Source: Stylophora pistillata | Taxonomy: Eukaryota | Assembly (NCBI RefSeq): GCF_002571385.2 | Contig: NW_019218298.1 | Location: 137,170-201,169, forward strand | Length of the DNA: 64,000 bases | Direction: 5' to 3' | In this document: positions 51,562 through 64,000 of the stretch, in pieces | Position numbering within the stretch: position 1 is the first letter of the stretch | Layout: every line of letters starts with the position of its first letter | Position numbers and translations under genes: made by a program | The notes under the pieces: model-generated | Database searches by the model: none | Seen by the model: the letters and a program-made list of their open reading frames with translations, nothing else | Told to the model about the DNA's origin: nothing

Positions 51562-53132
51562 AAATAATAGCGGGGCTCCCACACGCGCGAAGCGCGCGTG
51601 GAGCAGAGCTCCATTCCTGTGGAATATGGTCAACCTATTTTTGTTTGGTTGTCACGTGACTGATCGAGCGTACGTACCTGCGTACGTACGTACGTACGTG
51701 CCCTATGTCATGTATGCTATCACGAAAATACTATACGATCGAATTTGAAAATTTGGCGTCCGCGCGGCCGACCTTCAAAATTTTCAGGTCGGATTTTTCG
51801 TTCATTTGCGATCGAGTTAGACCTTGTGAAACTAAGAACGTAAAGTAACAATGGTATAGAATACTCTGCTTGGAAAAGAATGGATATCAAGGTCTTGAAG
51901 GTGACAGAAAAAGCTCTCGAGTCAACGACATTACGATTCTCTAAGACGATGCGAATTATAGACGTAAAGTGAAAACCGAACTTTCGGCCGACTTCAAGTA
52001 GGGCCTAGCGACAATTTGACGATTCGATGGCCCGGTAAATATTATGGTCGAGTAACAATGTGTTAAAAAAAGTATTGTTTAATAGAAGATTTTGCGTCAA
52101 ATCAAAGTTTTTTCAGAGTTTTCAACATAACGCTGCGCAATTTCTGGCCTTGAAGGCNNNNNNNNNNNNNNNNNNNNNNNNNNNNNNNNNNNNNNNNNNN
52201 NNNNNNNNNNNNNNNNNNNNNNNNNNNNNNNNNNNNNNNNNNNNNNNNNNNNNNNNNNNNNNNNNNNNNNNNNNNNNNNNNNNNNNNNNNNNNNNNNNNN
52301 NNNNNNNNNNNNNNNNNNNNNNNNNNNNNNNNNNNNNNNNNNNNNNNNNNNNNNNNNNNNNNNNNNNNNNNNNNNNNNNNNNNNNNNNNNNNNNNNNNNN
52401 NNNNNNNNNNNNNNNNNNNNNNNNNNNNNNNNNNNNNNNNNNNNNNNNNNNNNNNNNNNNNNNNNNNNNNNNNNNNNNNNNNNNNNNNNNNNNNNNNNNN
52501 NNNNNNNNNNNNNNNNNNNNNNNNNNNNNNNNNNNNNNNNNNNNNNNNNNNNNNNNAGTAAACAACGATCTAAGCATGATGCGTGGGCTTTGTACACATA
52601 AGAAATTCCTACGTTTTTCGCTTAAGACAGCAAATAAAAAACTGTTTTGAACAAATCTGTCGTCCCGAAATATTTCTTGGCCATTTTAGTCTTGCTTCCT
52701 ATTGATACATTCCATGGAACTTGAGATCTCTTCACTCACGGGCAATTTCGCATATTCCATTTTGAAATATGATTCACATGCCCATTTGCGCACATGCGAA
52801 AATATTCAGCGATTTTTATCTTTCATCTTGATTTTTTTAGTTAAAACGTAATATGCACCTATCGCTTTTTTCGTCGGAAATAAGTTCTTTAATTAGTCTT
52901 CTTTCACTGGAGGTTGTTTTTTGGAAAAGATGATTTTTAAAAATTTACTGCGTATTGTGTTTGCTTTCTCCAAAATTTTGACTTTTCACAGGCACGTGTT
53001 ACACGCAAGTGTCAATGGGTTTAATCTATACTTAATTTTTGGCTAAAAATTTTTAACATATGTAAAGAAATTTTATTGCAAAATTTTCACTTATTGGCAA
53101 CTCCGCTTTTAGGCTTGGCTACATCTATATAA
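51562..53132. mobile_element. Unclassified interspersed element spanning a 400-N gap
   Basis: CpG-rich start (GCGGGGCTCCC..CGCGCGAAGCGCGCG, (CGTA)n) and end CTCCGCTTTTAGGCTTGGCTACATCTATATA. The two sides may be different elements. Confidence 0.4.
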
Positions 53133-53416
53133 TAGTAAATAAAACGATAGAAGAATAACAAAATGCCTCGTCAGATCGTTTATCATAATATAACGGACAT
53201 TTAACTCATTTCCCGCATGTTGAAAATAGTGCGAGTGCACGGCCGTTGTTGTTGTGCCCTAGGCTGTCAGGGCGTCATGGCTTCTGCCAGATGTCGGTTT
53301 CTCAGTATTCCTAAAGATCCTTTTGTTTTTCATTTCAGTTCATGGATGATCATGTCTCCTTGAAAACAGTCTATCGACTTTGTGACACAGGACTGTCAAG
53401 TAAGACAGTCTGACAA

Positions 53417-53799
53417 TTAACACATGGTAAACACAACAGCGTACACTATTGAGTTATGGATGCGTGCGGGAGGTTGCTAAGCACGCAAAAAGTGTAAGAG
53501 TTGCGCTAGGCGATAGCCGAGAGCGACTCTAGCTTCTTGAGTGCATAGCAAACCTCCCAAGTGCATCCTTAACTCAATAGTGTTCGCTGTGGTGTTTACC
53601 ATTTGTTTTATAACATAACATAGATACATTGTGGCAAAAGAGTTTTCTTTTCTTTAACAAACCTTACGTGATCAGAAAAATTAAGCGCGCGAGGAAAATT
53701 AGTCTTTGCATTTGCTCACGTCAGCAGCGTACACCCATGGGCAAATGGTGGATGCTGAATTGACCAATCAGAGCGCGCGCTTTACTTTGGTTATTGTAT
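53417..53799. mobile_element. Hairpin MITE-like insertion
   Basis: Absent at the paralogous site 51070 (GTCTGACAAAAGCTTATCC). Internal ~190-bp imperfect palindrome 53420-53608. Confidence 0.8.
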
Positions 53800-55127
53800 A
53801 AAAGCTTATCCAAAAATGAGCTTTCGTTTTACAATTTAGAATAATATCGACCAGTAGTCTGAGGAAATTCATCCCAAATGGATCTGCTCGGCAAGGAAAT
53901 GAATGCTTTATCGAGTCCCAGAAAACTCAGGTCAACAGAAAAATTATTTCGACCTCAAACGACATCTCAGTGTGAAAGACTGCCCTTAAGTGAAAAAGAG
54001 TAAGAGGGTGCCATTCAAATCAAGCAAACAAGTAACCGGCGGCTACAGCTGGTCGAAGTGTGTTCCCTGAAATTATTGGAGAGGTTACTAATCCTGATAC
54101 ACACATTTTCTTTCACACCTATGTTGAAATTGCAGATGAGTAAGTGTTATTTCATCGGTCGCTACCATCCACGAGGTGTCTTTTAGACAGTAACACAGAA
54201 ATGAAAAAGTCAATGATGTCGCTCTTAAAATTTTGAATTCTGTTCTGCCCTCCTTTTCTCATTACAACATGACCGCCACGAAAAAGCTGGTAAGGAAAAG
54301 TATCGTCCCAATCCTCTCTCTGCCACATCAGTTTGTTTTGGTTTTGTCTGGACCAATCATATCGCAGGAAACGGTATGCACAAAACTGTCTATGGCCCGA
54401 ACTGTAAGTATGCAAGTAAGTAATGTGTACTTATTGACTGAGTGGGAGGGTCGGATGGGAAAACATTTGGCTCGAGGTCATGATGTACGAACTGAGCGCA
54501 GCGAGGTTCGTGCACCTTGACCAAATAAGGCGCGATAGACGGGTACATGCAGCCACACGAGCGGCAAAAAAACAATTACAATGAAAACTTTTCCTTCAAT
54601 TATTTTCAAGTCAGAACAAGAAATTCCTAATTCTATTAATGGTCAGTGGCTCTTAAAACTAGTGACCCCAAAGAAAATTACACATATACAAAAAAGGAAT
54701 AATAAATATAGATATAAGAATCAAATAAAATTATGATAGAAATCTCAAAAATGTAAAAATATCAAAAAGTCCCTTTCGGTTTCGATAAATAATGAGTAAT
54801 TTGTAAACTTTGAAACTTCAAACTTTAGATGATTTCATTTCTTCTGATTTTTCATAGTTTGGGTTTTTGTAGTGTCTTAGCTTACGAGTCTTTAAATCGA
54901 TGAAATTCCACAGCTTTGAGCGGACAACACTAAAAGTTCTGCCACTTTCCCGTTTCCGTTTGTATAGCGAGCACACAAGGTTTATGCTTAGATGCCTTGA
55001 TTTTGTCTTTGAATTCAGTGCTACATTTCTGTTAGGTTCTTAACCTTTTTCCCAAGCATCAGGGTAAAATAGAGTCGTAGTCTGTGGCATACAGCAAGTT
55101 TAAGCTCTTACATTAATGCATATTCCC

Positions 55128-55761
55128 TGTAACAGCTGCCACGGTTTTGCCTGCTGTTAAGAAGACGTTAACAAACTTGTGCGCGCGCGACTCGCGTGCG
55201 CGTGCTTTGAGGTTACGAAGTAATCTCGTAAGCAAATCACGCGGACTCTTTTTTAATGTTGACGTGTGCGATTTTTAGAGAAGAGTAGTTGAAGTTTTTT
55301 TTGTTTATCGTTTGGTTGTTGTCGTTTGCCGTAAGACTACAGTTTTCTGTGTTAGAGTAAGTGTCTGTTTGGATTTCCCGTTTCGCTTCCGAATACCTAA
55401 CTTATATTGAAGTTCGTTTTGGTTCGATTCTTACAAGCGGGACTGTTATGTAAGTGCTAATGTTCCTTTCCTTGAGCTTATATATAGTTTTTTTTTCANN
55501 NNNNNNNNNNNNNNNNNNNAGGCGTGCATCTTGCCTTTATATCGGAATGTTTGGAATGTTGGTTTGTCTATTCGCATTTAGCTTAGCTTCTTCCTTATAA
55601 ATTCATATTTCAGTTTACGATAAGTACTTGGATACCACGACTACGTTAAATAAACGATTCAAGGCTTGTCCGTAAAATATATCCTCGCTTCATAGTGTGT
55701 CTTCATTTGCGAAACTCATAGTTGTCGTCGAAATTTTGCTTCGCTTGTGTCGGCCGCTACA
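55128..55761 (+). mobile_element. Solo LTR (BEL/Pao- or Gypsy-type)
   Basis: TGTA...TACA termini, 5-bp TSD TTCCC (55123-55127, 55762-55766), internal AATAAA ~55649, absent from the paralogous site ~49865. Confidence 0.85.
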
Positions 55762-56084
55762 TTCCCGAACACAAAACCCACTTCCCGAACATGCATCACA
55801 AACATAAAATCGTTTAACTCCTCTCAAACGATACAAAAAAAGAAGTATATTCACTCAGACGATCTAGCATGCGAAAGAAAGAGGAACAAAAACTCGTCTT
55901 TTCCTCGTTCTCCGATTGGTCAGATCGGGTTGTTTCCTCAAAAGACGGTTCATCTGAAGGAGTTAAGGACGGGGCTCTCTTTTCTGTTGGCTCTAAATAT
56001 TTTGTTAAAGTCCCTGTGTCGAAAAAAGTACCGTATCCTACATGTAGTACATAATAATGCCTGAGTTCTTTTGCTGTTAGGAGG

Positions 56085-56162
56085 AAATAAAGTAAAACAA
56101 AAAAGTAAAACAATAAAGTAACAATAAAGTAAAACAATAAAGTAAAACAATAAAGTAAAACA
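56085..56162 (+). repeat. (AATAAAGTAAAAC)n minisatellite
   Basis: About six 13-bp units. Confidence 0.9.
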
Positions 56163-56829
56163 TGCGAGAGAACGGTTCTCTCCTTACCAACTGTTATCGC
56201 AGTTTTTAGGAGTTTTTGTTTAAAAATGAACTGGTTCAAGAGAACAAGACCAAAAGCTTGAAAAATTGCAAGGCGTGTCACAATTTCACTGAAGTTTTAG
56301 TATATCTATAATACTGACTTTGCCGATGCGAACTAAAAATAACAGATCAAGGCTGTGCTCTGAGAAAAAATTGAAGGGAGCCCAGTGCTTTGAAACCGTA
56401 AAATCCAGGGTGCCCAGCATATGCTTTTTTTTTTTTCCGAAAAAACTAAGATTCCTGAGTGTCCAAGAGCAAAAGTAAGGCGCCAGGGGCCACCAGGCGC
56501 TGCCACACCACAGCCCTGATGATACCATGCTGCAGGTAAATCAATTTAAAAGCTTGATTCCATTTTTTGTATCGGAATTTTCACTCTTGACACTTTCTCA
56601 AATGATACCGAAGCTATCGTTTTTACCAAAAACGGTATTGAACGAGTTTATGCACTTTTAAAGAAAACAAGAGTGAGTAGTTTAAGATATAAATTCATTC
56701 CACATTTAAACCATGCTGGTGACATAACTGCAGAATTACTTTAAGAAGAGAAATGGATATAACCTGTATGAAATAACGCAATTGAGAGACAACTGTTTTT
56801 CCTATGTTTCTTCCTTTCTACAGAAGGTT

Positions 56830-59800
56830 TTATGAATGACACCAAAAGCTTGTAGGAATCACCAATTCCTCTGGAAGCGGATATCCTAATGCAGGAAAAG
56901 TACCGATGATGAAAATAAAGCCTTTGCGTAAAATTTTAAATTAAAATTATCTTCGGTTAAAAGTAGTTGACATCGCTCACCTTTCGAATCAGACCGTTCA
57001 CATTCACCATCGACAGATCCACATGAAGAGTTATCCGTGTCAGCAAAGTAATCGCTCGAGCTGCCGTCCTTGTGGATTGGTATGCCCCTAAAATCTTCTT
57101 GATCCTCAGACTTGGCTTTAAAAATAAAGTAATGCATTTAAGCGAGACCTAAGTTCTTGTCTTAGAACAAATATGTGAACATTCATGTTCATGCATCCAA
57201 ATAAGTTGTATCAGAGGAAAAATACCAGGTTTTCTACCGCGTAATTGTTAAACAGATGGCGCAGTCGTGTCAATAGAACCGACTACTGGCAGATTTTGAC
57301 CTCTCAATTATTTTCCATTCGGGACAACTATTACAAACAAAACAATGGCGTAACATGATGGGTACCAAAATAGGACCCAGCTACGTCAATCTTTTCGCAG
57401 GCCATAATTATTTTACATTTAAGGTACTCTTCAGTTGGTCGACTTTCTTTCAAGGCTAATAATCATAGTAAGAGACTAGCACGTATTTGATGAAATAAAT
57501 GCATTAGCCTACGATAGAAAGTTAATCGCAGAGAGAGAGAGGGCAGAAATCTTTTTCCGTTAATAAATGATATAGCACCTCCCACATAAATTTGACTGGG
57601 ATCGACAGCTACCTAAGTAGCTGTTACCCGTTAACTGTAAACGTCACGCTCAATCCCTCTGTTGCTGAACAGACGCACGGCAACACGGAAAATTGTGGTC
57701 GATTTTCTAAACAAAAGTTACCCTATCTATTAGCAGACAGGTTACCTTCTGAAGGCAAACTACGTCCAGAGAGTTCCAATCCAACTGAGATACTAAAATC
57801 GACCTCGGTTTTTCTTTTTTTGGTTCTTCGGAAAGCAGTTACTACAATTGGCAAATTAAAGCGGTAGTAACCAAGTGAGGGGTTGGTTAAAATTTAGCCG
57901 ACAAATGGCAAGGTAGATGCAGCAAGACCGAGTTTCTGGGTTTTCCTGAAGCGAACAAACAATCGTGTTTATTAAGTCGTCTAAAATGTATCTTCAAAAA
58001 GGGACATGATGACCGAGTTGACTCTATTTCTTTTCATTTTAGACAAGGTGCCATAGACATCAGTGATTTCAGCGACAGAGTAGCGCATGAGTTTCAAGTG
58101 AAACCAGAAAAGACACTTGAGCACAACCTGAAGCTCAAAACTTAAAACAATCGAGTTTATTAAGTCGTCTAAAATGTATCTTCAAAAAGGGACATGATGA
58201 CCGAGTTGACTATATTTCTTTTCGTTTTAAACAAGGTGCCAAAGACATCAGTGATTTTAGCGACAGAGTAGCGCATCAGTTTCAAGTGAAACCAGAAAAG
58301 ACACTTGAGCATAACCTGAAGCTCAAAATTTAAAACTGATTAAGTGTTACTTAGTTAATTACCATGTTTCCTTTGTGCTTCCTCAGCAGCAGCCTTCGCA
58401 AGTTCTGACCAATCGATTGTCTTGCGATATTCTTTTGAAGCAGAAATCTCTTCTGAATATCTTCCAGTTCAAAAAGGATAAAATCAGTAGAAAACTACAT
58501 GCATCTACACACTACGATAAATTTAAAAAAATGTATACCTGATCTTTGAAAAGAGTTGTTATTTGTTATTACTTTGTGCATCAAATGTATTTTTGAGGCT
58601 ATACCCCTTTGTTTGCTGGTCCTTACCCCCATACCCTTCTCTCACCTCAATGTCAACTAATAACATTACCACTTTAGGTTGTTTGGATGCATGCAATAAC
58701 TTCATGGTACACTCCTTAACAATTAATGAAATCATTACAAGATTTCTAACTCTCATTTCTCCAGATGATGTACCTTTTTGCCACGTCTTCCAGGTAACAA
58801 GCAGTCTCGTTGTGGCCATGATCCCTTGCGACCACCTCGGGCAATGGTCCACTGTCTTTGTAAGCACTGAAGACCAGTCTTCCAGCCGAGGTGGAAAAGA
58901 TCATCTCAATAAACTGCTGAGCGCCCTTTCTTGCAGCAGTATAAACCAGGAGGCATAAAAACTGGACTTGTTGTGCATTTCCTGTACATAAAAGTGAAAA
59001 CAAGTCAAATGGAANTTAGTCGCTAAGTATCACGCCGTAAAACACCAATAATTTTGATCGATCTTTTCGAGAGCTCTGTCTGCCTTTAATATTTCAACAA
59101 GGCAACGAAGCAAATCGAATCTGGTACATTGTTGACATAATGGCTACTTATAATTATAAATGACATCAAGCCAAAAGTTGCAACTGAGGCACCACAGAGA
59201 CATGTATGTAGTATCAAGTTTCTTCCTAGATTTCTTTTGTCAGAAAGTTCGACTTCAAGCGCCCTTGATGTTTAACATTAACTGCTGCGTTTCCTCGAGA
59301 ATAATCCAAATGTGGCTGCGAAAGAAGTTCTCAAAAGGTCTTAACTTGCGCTATTCAAAGATTCCCTCCTCGTTCATGTTTCAACGATACTCTGGGAAAT
59401 TTCTTCTAAATTTCAATTTGTTTTAAGAATAAAACAAAGATGTGGAGTACGGAATTTTGATGATATAGACTAAAAAGCGGGAGGTAGATGTAAATTTCAC
59501 GTCGGCACCGGTTTTGAATTAATTGCCCCCAAATTTTATCCCTCAGCTGATTTTGGAAGTCCAGTAATGGCTTTCACTGCCCATATTTCAGGAATAATGA
59601 TCAGAAGTGGTTGGTCATCAGAGATATTGGGCCTTAGAATACCCTTATTTTTTAACTTTGTCAAAACCAGAAAAAGTCTTCTTTACTTCAGCGAGAGGTA
59701 AGGGAAGAAATGAAATGAAATGAAAAAGTTAAAACAATTCCGTTTTCTTGAAGTCTGATAGATTTTGAATACAACCCAGTTGATTGAATTTGCAGATGGA

Positions 59801-60976
59801 CTTTCGGTTTGTCACAGCAGAAATGCAAAGTTAGCTAATTAATTATGCAAAAAGTGCAGGAAATGGGGGTTTTCCCTGGGAGACCCTATATCTCCCAGGG
59901 AATTAAATATTCTGACTTAATATTTTCACATATTTATTAGCTCCTGATACTTAGCATTTGTGCCAAGTTTGAGCCAAATCAGTGATTTGAGGTTTATCAA
60001 CCCCTGCCTGGTTTCTTCATGGACACACTCAACATCAGAAAGGGATGGGATTTTTTAGCAAGGATTTTCAAGTACAGTAGCTAAAGAAAAGGCAAGGGGA
60101 AATCAGTTGTGCAGAGGTCACTCACTTTGAAGTTCAACTCACAGAGGCTGAAAACACCTTTTTTTCAAAATAAGTTCTTTCCTCAAAGAGGCATTAAGTT
60201 TCACTCTTCATACCTCTGTAAGATCTTCAAACACAAATAAACAATTTTCCATGAAAATATACTCGGATAATTGTCTCAGCATGCATCAGCGACAACCAAA
60301 TATCTCGTATCTAAGATATACAGTCATCTTGAGAAAGGTATTAAGCTTAACTAAACTTCTTGCAAATTACAGTATTTCAAGGTATTCACTTTATAGGTGT
60401 TAAGTGTAAATAAAACCTTCCGATCTGAAAGTAATCTCAGTTTCCATTTGAGTCTCCCATAAGAGGTCAAGCTGGCTAATTCATGATGTCTACTTGTCAA
60501 GAAGTTCCAGAGTAACACGCACCTCTATGCGTTGGGTAGTCTTTCATTTAGCAAATGTTGAAGCATGGTTGGTGTTTGGGTTCTGTCATTTTTGCCTTGT
60601 GACTACACAGTAAACGTTTACTGAGGACACCTTGTAATAATTTAGATTAAAACTTACCAAAAGCTCCACATCTTTGTGGGTCTCCATCACCACCATCAAA
60701 ACTGTTGGCTGTGTGGCTTATCATTTCCTCAGAAAAGCTTTCAAATTGGCTGACTTCATAAACCATGGACTCTACTTCATTTTCATCAGGAAAGTAAAAT
60801 ATTTGAGTTGACCCTAGAAAGGTATTGTTATGATCTTTAATAATCACTTTGGCAAAACCAGATGATGGTGCACCTAAAAGAAAAACATAAGTCCCAAGAA
60901 TTCTTTCTCTCATCAAGGCTGTTTGAAATTTACCTTGCTTCAAGGTTGAATCAACCGCGTTGAAATACAGTACCAC
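56830..60976 (-). CDS. Multi-exon gene with partial DBB/IPT-like segment followed by an ankyrin-like helical repeat (BCAP/BANK/Dof-like architecture); possibly truncated
   Basis: Phase-consistent exons ~60933-60976, 60658-60873 (GAPSSGFAKVIIKDHNNTFLGSTQIFYFPD), 58774-58981 (LLVYTAARKGAQQFIEMIF...LPEVVARDHGHNETACYL), 58363-58460, 56981-57115, 56830-56885. CCAAT boxes at ~61035-61072. No in-frame ATG in the first exon. Confidence 0.6.
57270..57405 (+). mobile_element. Penelope-type reverse-transcriptase relic
   Basis: Frameshifted DNYYKQNNGV.MGTKIGPSYVNLFAG motif. Confidence 0.65.
57957..58336. repeat. Two-copy 188-bp tandem duplication
   Basis: Units start at 57957 and 58145 (AAACAATCG.GTTTATTAAGTCGTC), nearly identical. 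Confidence 0.9.
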
Positions 60977-62199
60977 CTCATTTCACCCTTCGTTGCAAGA
61001 TCATGTGCTGTAAGACCAAATGGTTTCTAGAATGTGATTGGTTCGACTTTTTGATGCTCCCTTCTGATTGGTAGGGCGTTTTTGTCCAAGTTGGAAATGT
61101 GTTCAAGCGGAAGTTTAGGTCCAACTTGGACACTGCTGATTATAAATTCGTCCAACTTGACTTATCTTGACTAATTTTTACTACTTAGGCGAACTAATAT
61201 ATACGTTATGACCTTTTTCTTTTTTACCACCAACAGGAGTGGTAAGAAGTGGTAGGAACTGGTACGAAGTGGTAAGAAGTGGCAGGAGTGGTAAGCGTTT
61301 TTCCCTTTTTTCAAAGTTGCCTTGCACGAGCAGTACGAAACCAAACAAGGGTATCTGTCACGCATCGCGTGAGAAAGAAGGTAAATACAGCTGTACTTTA
61401 TTTTGCGTCACTATTGCTCTCTCACCCTCAACTTCTATCAAAACACGTGTGTTTCGTAACTCTGACCGCTCGAGCTGGCTGAATTTTAACTGAATTTTTC
61501 CACAAATAAAATTCAGATTTATACAACTGTGAAGCCTGACTTGTTAATCTTGAATTTCTTCCCAGGGGGGGTACATAATAAGACAAACTTTTGGAAACAG
61601 AAAAAATTTCAATTCCGAAGCAACAATCGATCATATTCCGATCGAACTAATCTTTGGGAGAGGTTTGATCGTTAACGACTTTTTACTCCTCAGATCTGAT
61701 TGTTAAGACCCAGTCTCTCTAAAAGCGGTGTGGTGCATTTCGGTTCTAAAAATCGCTTTCTTTCAAGCTTTGCTCATGAATCTGTTGAGTAGTCTAAAAG
61801 TAATCGAAACCACCTTGGTTTCAAACCAAGTTTCGAAATGACTGTAAATTATTTTTTTCCCAAGCAAACATCACTTCAGCGCTCAAAGGCCTGTTTTAAG
61901 CAGCGCCGAATTGAATTGAATTCAGCCCGTCTTTTCAAAATTGATTTTGCATTGCATGTTTAGATCGATGCTGTGAGAGAATAAATTACATAACTTTTTC
62001 TTCTCTTCTCCATTATTTAGTTTGACACTTACTTTCCTTTCGCCGCGATGACCGTATGCAACTTTTAATCTCGGCTCAGCGGAAAATTCGAACTTCCTCT
62101 CCATGACATTTTTATTCAGATTAACTAAAATATGGTAGAGGAGTAAATAAAATAAAAATATGTCGTAGTTACGGCGAACTTCTTACACAGCAGACCAAC

Positions 62200-64000
62200 A
62201 CAGGCGTGAGCTCTAACGAGAGAATAACACGAAAATAATCTCTCAATTGTTTTGTGGTGTAAAACTAAAGTGATTACCATCAGTGTTTTCCAGGTCCTGC
62301 TCCTTTTTTTCATGTTTGTCATGGCTTTTAGCAGCACATTTTGCCTGCTCTTACACGAAAAAACTGTGAGATTCAAAGTCTGGCGTCATTTTTTCGCACG
62401 TATTTTATTGAAGAAGTGCACTAGTCTGTCAGTCCATGAGCCGGTTTGTTGGTGTATCAGTTAGACATTCAGTCAGCTAACAAGCCAGTCAAACGATCAG
62501 TCGAACAGTCAATAAGTCAGTCCGTAAGCCGGTCCAATATTCATCCAGCTGGTCAGTCGATCAATCAGTCCGCCAGTTTTCAGTCAAGTAGTCAGTGAAT
62601 CAGCATTTCAGTTGTCATACGGCAGCAGATCACTCAACCAGCCTGTTATGCAGTCTTCACGCATACTGGTATTTATTTATCAGTAACACCCATATCATTT
62701 ACTTAATGGATTGTCGTTTTACTTCTCTTGCCATATGCCACCTTTCCATACTCCATGATGACCATTTTTGTGATGACTCTCGGTGAACTCAACTATGCTG
62801 ACTTGTTCATGCCTTGGGACAAACTGGAATATGCCGCACTGACCAACATCCTGTTTTTCATGTTCGTGTTGGGAATGCCTATCATTCTCATGAACATGTT
62901 GGTGAGTACCGCTTCGATGACACGAAATCAGAGAAGGGAAAACCTCTTCAAACATTTTTTGTTTTAGTGAGCTTTCTTGGCACATAATTCGGCCTTGAGG
63001 CAGAAAGACTATGAAGTGAGAACCTTCTCTCTCAGAATTACTGTTTTCACAAAATTCCATCGCATACCTAAAAAAATGTTTGTAGTCGACGGAGCCAAGA
63101 GGTATCGATTACGAGCCAGTACTATCTCAGAGTGGTTTTGTTTTTAAGTGTCAAGTCATTTTAACATCGTCACAGATTGGTTCCGTCACAGTACTATTTT
63201 TCAGGCATGGTAGGCACTACGTTAATTCAAATTAAAGCCGAGGAGATTGAATCGGCCAATCAGAATAAGAGATAATACCATATAAATCTCACGAGTTACG
63301 AAACTAAGAAGAAAACAAACTGGGGTGCAATAAGCAACGAGTTTATTTACTTAGCAGTGAGTGTCTTGACACTAGGTCGGCTGGGCAGTGGGTGATATCG
63401 ACAAGATTGAAGTAAATGCTTTGATTGACCGTTATGTGATGCAGTTTAGTCCTAAAAGAACAGATTCAGCGAGCAGATCTCTTTCACAGGAGCGAAATTT
63501 GTGCTGGTTTCCTTTAACAAAACCTTGTCTCCGGTGTCTTTAGGTGAAAGTTAACCTCGCTACCTCCTAGGAACTTGATACGACAGGGAAATGTAAGACC
63601 GTAACGGCAAACTCACAGCCATTGCTCATTCCCCTCCTCTATAGGTCGAGTTGGTTTAAGACATGGAGGAAACAATGTCTAAATCTACTGTTAACCATGC
63701 CCATGTGGATAAACACGTTGGCCAGCGAAATGAAACTCTCCCACTCGTTCATGACCTTTAAGGTGAAAAATAAATTCAAATGTTTTTACTGTCTTCTTTC
63801 AACAATTTCCAGCAAAGGTTGGTTGCTCGCCGCGGTTATTGGAGCAGTTAGCAGTAAAGCTGCTGTCCCAGAACTGAGACATGAATATCAAGTGGGATCT
63901 ATGCCCGCATTTAACTTTTTGTAACCCTCTTTTAAATGAATCGTAGGATTTATAAACGCAAGAGTAAAGTTCACATTAAAAATACATTTATACTGGCAAT
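62200..64000 (+). pseudogene. Partial duplicate pseudogene of the TRPA 3' end (S5, pore/S6, TRP-like helix exons and 3' UTR)
   Basis: Paralogous to ~34545-38366. Exons 62294-62365; ~62733-62901 (acceptor AG lost); 63376-63444 (donor GT->TT, GLAVGDI->GWAVGDI); 63645+ (TTA->TAA at 63657-63659). Last two exons are missing; 3' UTR resumes ~63818. Confidence 0.93.

Larger units (their letters stand above)
42890..56620 (-). repeat. Mosaic of local degenerate segmental duplications with decayed exon-like sequence
   Basis: Approximate matches: 43560-44040=44505-44990; 42890-43255=44085-44483; 43390-43530=45010-45140=47420-47560=47990-48130; 45230-45690=48200-48600; 45950-46150=51290-51460; 49430-50970=54640-56620; 50990-51240=53330-53960. 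Confidence 0.85.

Noticed and set aside
52060-52650. Three long ORFs in the ORF track
   Set aside because: Artefacts of the 400-N assembly gap.

Overview
AT-rich, intron-rich animal genomic DNA. The repeat families and gene content point to a cnidarian, most likely a scleractinian coral (inference). Main feature: a complete 29-coding-exon TRPA1-like ankyrin/TRP channel gene (+, 16972..37929, about 1062 aa by my exon assembly). Its 5.4-kb intron 13 holds an intact antisense six-exon pancreatic-lipase-family gene placed head-to-head with a decayed Polinton/adintovirus-type protein-primed DNA polymerase B. The putative first intron holds nested Penelope-type elements carrying hammerhead ribozyme motifs, one intact and in the sense direction. 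Left of the TRPA gene are a possibly decaying PA14-TSP1-FN3 gene (-) and a single-exon 344-aa coiled-coil/disordered ORF (+). Right of it is a ~14-kb mosaic of degenerate segmental duplications, a DBB/IPT-ankyrin-like gene (-), and a pseudogenised copy of the TRPA 3' end whose pore exon is almost identical to the parent (candidate gene conversion). Assembly gaps lie at about 10435, 44484, 52158-52557 and 55499. All exon models were built by eye from GT-AG phase consistency. No database searches were run.
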